Shown in pieces: positions 15,861 through 22,616 of a DNA stretch of 22,616 nt. This DNA comes from Candidatus Heimdallarchaeota archaeon B3_Heim (lineage in GTDB: Archaea > Asgardarchaeota > Heimdallarchaeia > Hodarchaeales > Hodarchaeaceae): the NCBI GenBank assembly GCA_003144275.1, contig NJBF01000047.1:1-22616 (forward strand). Reading direction: 5' to 3'. The position numbers were made by a program, and so were the translations under genes. The notes beneath the pieces are model-generated. The model saw only the letters and a list, made by a program, of their open reading frames with translations. It made no database searches and had not been told where the DNA came from. The stretch's first letter is position 1. Every line of letters starts with the position of its first letter.

Positions 15861-16987
15861 TGCTTTTTTCAGAATGTTATACGCACCATTCACATCAGCA
15901 TTAATAATGGTGCCTCCTTGGGATTTGAATAATCCTCTACTAATCCGTTTACCCACATATTTGTCATGTCGGGCTATTAATTCATTATCTAGAAATGAAC
16001 ACTTACTAGAATGACTCTCCTCTTGCTGAATGACCGTTATTCCCTGTTCTTCCGCTTTATATTCCAACTGTTGCACTAGCTTGGAGTACGGAATGGTCAC
16101 AAAATTTTGAGTATTCCTCTTCCCGAGACGGCAGCTTTGTTTCCACGTGCGATTATAACCAATAACAACGGTTCCAATGTCGTTAGTCATACAATACTCA
16201 ATAATTTCTCTACTAGATTTATGGAAATAGTCATTGATTTTCTTATTACGTTTGTTAGTCAATTTTTGGAGGATTTTCCCTGATTTTATTCCCTGTCGGT
16301 CATAGGTGGATTGAAGCCTTGCTCGGTCTTTGTTGTAGTATTGATTCATGGATTTAACAATCCCACCCTTAATAACAAATGGCTTCAAACCGTTGTTATT
16401 TACCGCAGTTATGAGGTTACGAACCCCTAAATCAATCGCAAGAACATTGTCTTTACTTAAAGGTTTTGGGTCAAATTTTTTATTATAAACAATTTCTAAA
16501 ACATAGGCTACCCCTTGAGGGATAATCCGTACTTCACGTATATCAGTAGTATTAGGGAGTCTTGTTTTTACTTCTAATCCCACTTTCTTAGGAAATTTAA
16601 GAGTCTTTTCTATTAATTTCACCTGTTGACTGGTAAAAACCAGTATAAACTCCCCATTCTTGGGTTTATAGTTTGGAAGCTTAGGTCTCCCCAAGAATTT
16701 ACTTTTGTTCTTTCTCAGACTTTAATCAATCTAAAGAAGGATGTCCAGCTTCTCTCAAGGATTTTCAAAACCTGCTGAGCGGTCTGAGCGGGAAGTTGTT
16801 TATAGTTCTCAGAGGTTTTGATTAAGTGGTACAAGGAATTATAGTAAATCCATTTCTGATGGGTGAAAAACTCCTGCCGAATAAGATAGTTTCCTTCATT
16901 ATAGAGATTTTTTGCAATATGGCAGGGCTGCCTGAGTTGCTGGGTAGGGGGGATCCAGATCTGTTCTGTCCGCTGGTATGAGTCCAC
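15777..16987 (-). pseudogene. tnpB: RNA-guided endonuclease TnpB, split by a 1-nt frameshift at about 16715-16717
   Basis: N-part: RTEQIWI...CHIAKNLYNEGNYLIRQ...LPAQTAQQVLK...SWTSFF. C-part: GRPKLPNY...LAIDLGVRN (RuvC-I)...QEESHSSKCS...NADVNGAYNI (RuvC-III). Adding one G (GTC TGG AGA) joins the halves as IKVWRKNKSKFLGRPK, giving 403 aa from GTG 16987. Confidence 0.92.
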
Positions 16988-17032
16988 TGTTCTTATTCCC
17001 TGAATTGAGTGGGTAATTAGTAATTCCATCAG

Positions 17033-17134
17033 TTAAAGACCTTTCATTGAGACCCCGCAATCCATTAATTCTTGCGCTATTTCCCTCATCTCTTCCTTCC
17101 TTCCAGTTTTTTTCTCTCCCCAACGTTTTTCCAT
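17033..17134 (-). other. 33-codon ORF or remnant resembling the C-terminal helices of Rpn/YhgA-like PD-(D/E)xK proteins
   Basis: MEKRWGEKKTGRKEEMREIAQELMDCGVSMKGL*, preceded by GAGGAG; not in the ORF track; in frame with the tnpB N-terminal ORF. Confidence 0.4.
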
Positions 17135-17241
17135 TCTTGTTCTCTCCTCTTATGCTTTCTCCCCAGCTTGAATCCGTTAATTCTCTCATTTGATTCTCTT
17201 TTTCAGTATTATATTACTATTTCAATTCACTATATCCAAAG

Positions 17242-17270
17242 CCTTTTTCCTACAAAAAGGGAAAAAATGG
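17242..17270 (-). terminator. Hairpin and oligo-T tracts downstream of the GT4 gene (terminator, or part of the IS left end)
   Basis: CCTTTTT-CCTAC-AAAAAGG inverted repeat at 17242-17260; minus strand reads CCATTTTTTCCCTTTTTG about 20-40 nt after the stop at 17292. Confidence 0.4.
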
Positions 17271-17291
17271 GTTAAAGTCTAGTTACTCCTT

Positions 17292-18494
17292 TTATTGTGA
17301 TTCTGCATGGAGTTTGCAAGCTATTCGAAACGCTTTTTCGAGTAGAGAGGTGAAACCTTTAGAAGAAAACTGGTTTGCAGTTTTAATTGCAGTTTTTGCG
17401 TATTTTTGAGTTGTGTCAGGTTCCTCAAGCAGTGTTTTCATAGATGCAGCGAATTCATTTGCTTCTCCTGGTCGAGATAATAAGCCATTCTTTTGATGGA
17501 AAATATAATCAACCACACCTCCTCCAGAGACGCCTATGACTGGTAATCGTTGACTCATCGCCTCTAAGACAGTTAGACCCTGAGTTTCAGTATCGCTCGG
17601 AGTTACCATAAAATTACCCATTCGATAAACTGCTGGTAACTTTGTATGGCTGATAAATCCTGTAAAAGCATAATTTTTCAATTTTAATTCAGCAGCAAGA
17701 TTTTGATATGTCTTTAGGTGAGGCCCATCACCAACAATGAGAAGAAAACTATCTGGGAATGAATCTTGTATACTTTTATATGCTTCTAACAATACTTCAA
17801 GCTTTTTCTCATAGGATACACGTCCACAATAAATAATTATCTTTGAAGAAGGTTTAATCCCATATTGCTCACGAATTTTGTTTTGGAGGTTAATATCATC
17901 TTTGGTATCTTTAGTATTAGTCAAAAATACCTTGGAAATCATATTAGGAAGGGAATAAACAGGTGGTTTGACACCATGCTTCAGTAGATCATATTGAATT
18001 GTTTTAGATGGTGTGACGATAACATCTGAATTTTTGTAAAACCACCGAATATACATCCAGACAGCTTCTTCTAGTATTGCTGTGATCTTATCAGCATAGA
18101 ATCCTCCGAATAAATGAGCAGAATATTCAACTAGGTGGGTATGATACGTATTAAGAAGAGGAATATCATAAAAAGCTTTAGCTGTCAATGTGGCAAAGTA
18201 CCCAAGGGAGAAAGGAGAGTGACAGTGAATGAAATCGAACTTTTCTTTGTGTAATATTTTAGATAAGCCAATACTCGGGAAGGCAACATTGTATCCAGGA
18301 TATGGTGGAAATGGGACACTTGGGAGCTCATAAATTGGAATTCCCTCAATTTCGAATGGAATACTTTGTCTAAGCTTTGGTGCAAAGACCACGAATTCGT
18401 GTCTTTTCCTCAGTGATTGAACTTCATTAATTATAGAAATGACCACACCGTTCAGATTAGGAACCCACGAATCCGTAAAAATGCCAATTTTCAA
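17292..18494 (-). CDS. GT4 glycosyltransferase, monoglycosyl-lipid synthase-like (MGS/LafA type)
   Basis: MKIGIFTDSWVPNLNGVVISI, FDFIHCHSPFSLG, TYHTHLVEYSAHL, GRVSYEKKL, IVGDGP, SDTETQGLTVLEAM (E-x7-E). Confidence 0.88.
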   Translation of the reverse strand: MKIGIFTDSWVPNLNGVVISIINEVQSLRKRHEFVVFAPKLRQSIPFEIEGIPIYELPSVPFPPYPGYNVAFPSIGLSKILHKEKFDFIHCHSPFSLGYFATLTAKAFYDIPLLNTYHTHLVEYSAHLFGGFYADKITAILEEAVWMYIRWFYKNSDVIVTPSKTIQYDLLKHGVKPPVYSLPNMISKVFLTNTKDTKDDINLQNKIREQYGIKPSSKIIIYCGRVSYEKKLEVLLEAYKSIQDSFPDSFLLIVGDGPHLKTYQNLAAELKLKNYAFTGFISHTKLPAVYRMGNFMVTPSDTETQGLTVLEAMSQRLPVIGVSGGGVVDYIFHQKNGLLSRPGEANEFAASMKTLLEEPDTTQKYAKTAIKTANQFSSKGFTSLLEKAFRIACKLHAESQ

Positions 18495-18633
18495 CTTGAA
18501 TTACCTGTTACAGTGGTTAATATTCGTTTTTATCGAAAACAACTAAGACAATAAAAATCTCTGAAATTGATTTATTAATTTGTATCCAGAAAATGAACAA
18601 ATTTCTCGAGCGGGATCGAATTTTTCAGAATAT

Positions 18634-19542
18634 TTATAGTATGGTTTTAAGAGAAAAATATTCTATAGTATCGGTAGGTGAGATGAGTGTTTTTAGTTGA
18701 TTAATTACTTCTTTAGGAATATCTTTAGGATCGGGAGTACAAGCAGCCGCCATACGATGTCCCCCACCACCAAAATGTTTAGCTACAATTGAAACATCAT
18801 AATTATCCTGTTCAGTCTTGGTAACTCGAAAACTTATTCTTATGGCCTCACTAATGGATCTTCTGTATATTAGCGCTATGATAGTGGCTCCTCGATCAAA
18901 TAATGGTTGAAAAAGTTCCTTAGCAAGTTTACCTGGTATTATATCTCGTGAATCAATGATGACAACGCGAGGGATCATGGATTGATTGTCTAAGAAAGTC
19001 TTTATGATCCGTTGTGTCTCCTTATAAACAGCTGCAACTTTAAAATGGTGATCTTTCAACCATTGAGAGTTTAAAATCCCTTTTCCATGTTTAGCTAGAA
19101 GCTCACTAATGGTTCTAAGAAATGAGAGATCTTCTACATTCATGTTAAGAACAATATCAAGTGGTTTATATTCCGCTGGAAGAAGAGCAATATCGGCAAG
19201 ATGGCCTAATTCTCTGATTTCCTCGGCAATCAGATCGTTTTTGAAGTCAAAGAAATCGAAAACCAAATCTGTTGCAGATGATGCATCTGGTACAACTAAA
19301 TCTTTCGTAGTCAAACGATTAGAGTTGTTTAAATTGACAAAATTCGTTTTATGGTGGTCAATATTGACCGATTTGGATACTTTGGGTAAATCACAGGTAT
19401 ATTCAACCTTAAAATTATCAGCTGATAATTGCTCTGCCTGTTGAACAGTAGCATATGTGATACCAATAGTGCTGCCGAATTTTCGAATAAATAGCGCTGC
19501 ACAACATATCCCATCGAAATCGATATGCGTTACAAGCTTCAT
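18634..19542 (-). CDS. DHH/DHHA1 family phosphoesterase (NrnA/nanoRNase-like)
   Basis: THIDFDGICCA (DxDG), TCD, IDHH, SSATDLV, and C-terminal DHHA1 RISFR...FGGGGHRMAAAC; start overlaps the upstream stop by 4 nt (ATGA-type overlap). Confidence 0.9.
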   Translation of the reverse strand: MKLVTHIDFDGICCAALFIRKFGSTIGITYATVQQAEQLSADNFKVEYTCDLPKVSKSVNIDHHKTNFVNLNNSNRLTTKDLVVPDASSATDLVFDFFDFKNDLIAEEIRELGHLADIALLPAEYKPLDIVLNMNVEDLSFLRTISELLAKHGKGILNSQWLKDHHFKVAAVYKETQRIIKTFLDNQSMIPRVVIIDSRDIIPGKLAKELFQPLFDRGATIIALIYRRSISEAIRISFRVTKTEQDNYDVSIVAKHFGGGGHRMAAACTPDPKDIPKEVINQLKTLISPTDTIEYFSLKTIL

Positions 19543-22253
19543 AATTCTTTACCACATTTAAAGCAATATTTAGATGCGGTAGTATGACGGGGAGTACGAC
19601 AGCGTGGACAGATTTCCCTCGACTCCATAGATTTTGTCCCTACTTGAGCGTTGGGTTTTTTATATTGCATAGATAACTGTTCTTGAAGTGTGAGTCGAGG
19701 TTTAGTTCGACGAGACGAAATCCAATAATATGCTACCGCGAACACCACAAAACTGCCCAAAAGGAGAATAAAGAAAAAATCTTGTGTGGTTGGGTCATAC
19801 ACAGTTAGTATAAACAGTCCGTTGGAAGGAACATTATCGGAAATTTGAAGATTTAACCATAGTGTTGCATCTCCGAGTTTTTTGGGTGTCCAGGTGCCTA
19901 CAAAAGTATTTACGGAAAATTTGAAAAGGATCTGCGTATATGAACCATTTGCTTCAATAATTGTACCATTAAAATTGTCAATAGGTTCATTATTGGGAAA
20001 TGTTATCTGTATTTTTGTGGATGCCCCCACACCAGGGTTAGATGCTAGAATCAGTTCCATGGCGATTTCTTGATCTCTGATTAGCCAGCGAAAAGTTTGA
20101 GCAGCAATGAAAAAATTATCATTCACCCTTGATGAAACAAAGTTCATATCCGTAAACGGATCTAAACCTCCAAAAACAACAACTTTGCCATTTTTATCAG
20201 GATGATGCCAAAATCCTGCTACTGGGATATCAGTTATGTCTTCTAAAACATTTGTCGCAGTAGCAAGTACCCCAGCATATCCTTTCGTGGTTACTGTAAC
20301 GGAAGTACCATTATAATCAAAAGAAAAATCGTTCGAATTATCGATCGGACTCTCAGACGCGAGGGATGCTTGTGAAAAGCGATTCATTTTTGGAATGGAT
20401 GTATCATTGTCTATTGAAATATCATATGGCTCTAAAAGAGCATTGATGGCAGTTTGGTTTGAGAGAATTTCCGTTTGACCATCAACTAACGAGGGATAAG
20501 AAAGAACAAGTAGAGAATGGCCCTCGTCAACCCATTCATGAATAATTCCAATATCTTCAGTCGTCATACCTTTTTCTATATCGGCAAGTACAAGAATATC
20601 ATAATTGTCTAGATCGTCCGCAGAAATATGACCTTGGGATGATATAGTATCTTGAAGGGGACCTGAAATTGATAATCCAGAATCTGAGCGAATGGCTCCT
20701 GTCACTTGCATCCCATATATCTTTTCCAAATAAAAATGTAGCTGACTAAAAGTCCCCGTAGGGCCATCAGGAATAAAGCTATTATTATCATATCCCTGAT
20801 AAAATAGAATCCGTCCACCAGGATAGCGGTTTTCAATATGAATTGGGAATCCTAATTCGAATGAATTATTAAATTGAGTATTATTATGATAAAAGTGAAA
20901 GATTACGTTTCCTCCCCATTCTTCCATAGGTAAAGCATTTGGAATCATTATGGATAACTTTATCATGTTAAATCCAACGTAAATTGGGATTAGAAGATTT
21001 GCACTAACATTTCCTGGAATGTTGGCTTCAATAGGTAGTAAATTACTAATATTCATACTATCAAGTGTACAATTAGATGAAGAATACAATGCTAAGTTGT
21101 ACGTTTGCGTTTGACCATTTATTGCTTGACCAAAATAAGAAAAGTCAGATGATATTTTCCTAGGTGAAAAGGTCAGTAAGGGTGTATTATTCAATTTTTC
21201 AAGTGTATCATACGCTTTTGACATATTGAGAAGACCATTACCTTGATGTACTGGTGAAGTATCGTTCATAAAGATCGCGGAAGAGAGGATGGCTGTCTTC
21301 ACAATCGCTGGAGGAACATTAGGATATGCTTGTCGTAATAGAGCAACTGATCCTGTTACAAATGGAGAAGCGAAAGACGTCCCCGAAACATTTTGAGGAT
21401 CATTTCTATGATCATAAGAAGGAATGTAGACTCCTGGAGCTACAATGTCTGGGCCTAAAGTACCTACTGGTCGTGGGCCTACAGATGAGCTATACGGAAT
21501 GAAAGTCTGATTGTAAGTCATTCCAACAGCTATAGCTTCATTGAAAATGGCTGGGGCAGTAATACTACTGCCAAATGGGCCACTATTTCCTGCTGAAACA
21601 ATTAGAGAAATATTCCTATCAGTTAAGCTGGATATCAAAGTGGAATTGATCGCCATTATATCCGCAAACCCTAGAGAAGCGTGAATAATCGATACATTGA
21701 AGGTTAGAGCAAGACGAATTCCACTTTCAACATTTTCTCGTGTAGCTACGCCAGTTTCATCGGCAACTTTAATACTAATTAATCGGGCTCCAGGAGCAAT
21801 TTTAGATATAATACTCCCTACAAGTGTACCATGACCAATATCATCGTAGATGGACGTATTGGAAACTACACTTGAACGATTGATAATGGTATTAGCAGGA
21901 ATCCATGGAGTATTATTTATCCCAGAATCAAGAATAGCTATAGTGATATTTGTTCCATTTATCCTTTCATCTTCTAATGGATAGATAAGATTCAATCTTT
22001 CATCAAAGCTTTCATTGATATCCTGAGTAGCACTAATTGAAAGGGGTGATTGAATGCTTAAGAGGTCAAACGGGACAGAGGAAAGAAATTCATCCTGATT
22101 GGGAATTATAGATGTTCTTTTTTTGGTGTTAAAATCTGATGAACTTATTTCCAAAGATACGCCAGAATTATACTCAAAACTGCCTATAATTGGGATACAT
22201 AAGATTAGTAGGAAAATGAGACTTTTTCTCTTCGGATATCCATTTCTTCGCAT
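19539..22253 (-). CDS. Membrane-anchored S8 serine peptidase, Site-1-protease-like, with a C-terminal zinc ribbon
   Basis: Signal peptide; AILDSG, GHGTLVG, AGNSG, GTSFASP; GIFT-like domain (GGRILFYQGY...YDILVLADIEKG...WVDEGHSLLVL...TAINALL...GKVVVFGG); Ig-like domain; TM helix; tail CPRC-x11-CFKC. Confidence 0.9.
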   Translation of the reverse strand: MRRNGYPKRKSLIFLLILCIPIIGSFEYNSGVSLEISSSDFNTKKRTSIIPNQDEFLSSVPFDLLSIQSPLSISATQDINESFDERLNLIYPLEDERINGTNITIAILDSGINNTPWIPANTIINRSSVVSNTSIYDDIGHGTLVGSIISKIAPGARLISIKVADETGVATRENVESGIRLALTFNVSIIHASLGFADIMAINSTLISSLTDRNISLIVSAGNSGPFGSSITAPAIFNEAIAVGMTYNQTFIPYSSSVGPRPVGTLGPDIVAPGVYIPSYDHRNDPQNVSGTSFASPFVTGSVALLRQAYPNVPPAIVKTAILSSAIFMNDTSPVHQGNGLLNMSKAYDTLEKLNNTPLLTFSPRKISSDFSYFGQAINGQTQTYNLALYSSSNCTLDSMNISNLLPIEANIPGNVSANLLIPIYVGFNMIKLSIMIPNALPMEEWGGNVIFHFYHNNTQFNNSFELGFPIHIENRYPGGRILFYQGYDNNSFIPDGPTGTFSQLHFYLEKIYGMQVTGAIRSDSGLSISGPLQDTISSQGHISADDLDNYDILVLADIEKGMTTEDIGIIHEWVDEGHSLLVLSYPSLVDGQTEILSNQTAINALLEPYDISIDNDTSIPKMNRFSQASLASESPIDNSNDFSFDYNGTSVTVTTKGYAGVLATATNVLEDITDIPVAGFWHHPDKNGKVVVFGGLDPFTDMNFVSSRVNDNFFIAAQTFRWLIRDQEIAMELILASNPGVGASTKIQITFPNNEPIDNFNGTIIEANGSYTQILFKFSVNTFVGTWTPKKLGDATLWLNLQISDNVPSNGLFILTVYDPTTQDFFFILLLGSFVVFAVAYYWISSRRTKPRLTLQEQLSMQYKKPNAQVGTKSMESREICPRCRTPRHTTASKYCFKCGKEL

Positions 22254-22289
22254 GAATTATCAGCCCTTTAGTAAAATTATACTTGATGC

Positions 22290-22616
22290 TTAAATCAATT
22301 GATCTATCTGTGCAAGTGATTCGAGAGTATATGTTGGTAAAATTGTTTTTTTCAGATGAAAATCGGAAATCCCTGTTTGAACCAAGATTGTATCTAAATT
22401 AGCTTGAATTCCTGCCTGAATATCTGTAGATAATCGATCACCAATAAAGACAGCTTTTGCTGAGTCGGAACAGTTCATCTCTTGTAAACTTAAATTTAGT
22501 AAAAATGGATTCGGTTTTCCAATGATTATATCAGGCTCTCTTCCACAAGCATTAGCTAAAGCAGCAATTCCTGCGCCTGCACCTGGAACTAATCTATCAA
22601 TAGATGGAAAGCTATT
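22290..22616 (-). CDS. HAD-superfamily class IIA hydrolase (NagD-like), 5'-truncated by the window edge
   Basis: Frame is open from 22616: ...LVPGAGAGIAALANACGREPDIIIGKPNP...FIGDRLSTDIQAG...TILVQTG, containing HAD-IIA motifs III and IV. Confidence 0.92.
   Translation of the reverse strand, partial: NSFPSIDRLVPGAGAGIAALANACGREPDIIIGKPNPFLLNLSLQEMNCSDSAKAVFIGDRLSTDIQAGIQANLDTILVQTGISDFHLKKTILPTYTLESLAQIDQLI

Larger units (their letters stand above)
15724..17029 (-). mobile_element. IS200/IS605-family element carrying tnpB only (IS1341-like, non-autonomous); ends approximate
   Basis: tnpB remnants, a GC-richer hairpin-forming 3' end, and no Y1 (HUH) or serine transposase gene nearby. The right end is tentatively placed after ...GTGATAAC (15724); the left end is not determinable. 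Confidence 0.7.

Noticed and set aside
16700-16730. Programmed -1 ribosomal frameshift joining the tnpB halves
   Set aside because: No X-XXY-YYZ slippery site just before the TGA, and a single-base deletion in a Trp codon explains the break.
16899-17275. ORFs 16899-17189 (-) and 17072-17275 (+)
   Set aside because: Products of the purine/pyrimidine-skewed tract; the first overlaps tnpB out of frame. Neither resembles TnpA (no HUH or catalytic Tyr motif, no serine recombinase motif).
1158-22293. Short ORFs from the track lying antisense to or nested in long genes (e.g. 1158-1355, 1857-2096, 2438-2644, 4693-4881, 6333-6590, 6988-7293, 7315-7851, 9385-9603, 10856-11104, 11699-11887, 12209-12406, 13346-13528, 14486-14698, 18185-18385, 19109-19514, 19882-20073, 22099-22293)
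   Set aside because: Shadow frames of well-supported genes; no recognisable motifs, and composition mirrors the host gene.
1-22616. CRISPR array, tRNA or rRNA genes, long tandem repeats
   Set aside because: No regularly spaced direct repeats, cloverleaf or T-loop signatures, or long non-coding GC-rich tracts found by manual reading; tRNAscan-SE or CRISPR finders were not run.

Overview
AT-rich archaeal window, most consistent with an Asgard archaeon (inferred from the Rab-like GTPase and membrane-anchored, sequon-rich surface proteins). It is bracketed by two membrane-anchored S8 subtilases whose S8 + Ig-like + GIFT/IFT52-like + TM layout resembles eukaryotic Site-1 protease (MBTPS1/SKI-1). 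Other content: a Rab-like GTPase, three glycosyltransferases (one GT2; two GT4s resembling the bacterial mono- and di-glycosyl lipid synthase pair), an ACT-domain protein, a LID-type adenylate kinase, a TPR protein with a C-terminal restriction-endonuclease-like fold, a 968-aa surface protein with apparently nested domains, a GNAT, several hypotheticals, a frameshifted IS200/IS605-family tnpB (no tnpA), a DHH phosphoesterase and a truncated HAD-IIA hydrolase. The most striking candidate is the 291-aa ORF at 2705-3580. By eye it aligns with kinetochore CENP-N in its N-terminal two thirds and with CENP-N/CENP-L at its C-terminus, suggesting a pre-duplication CENP-L/N-like protein. All homology calls come from motif recognition and recalled family sequences; no searches were run. 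No rRNA, tRNA or CRISPR array was seen.
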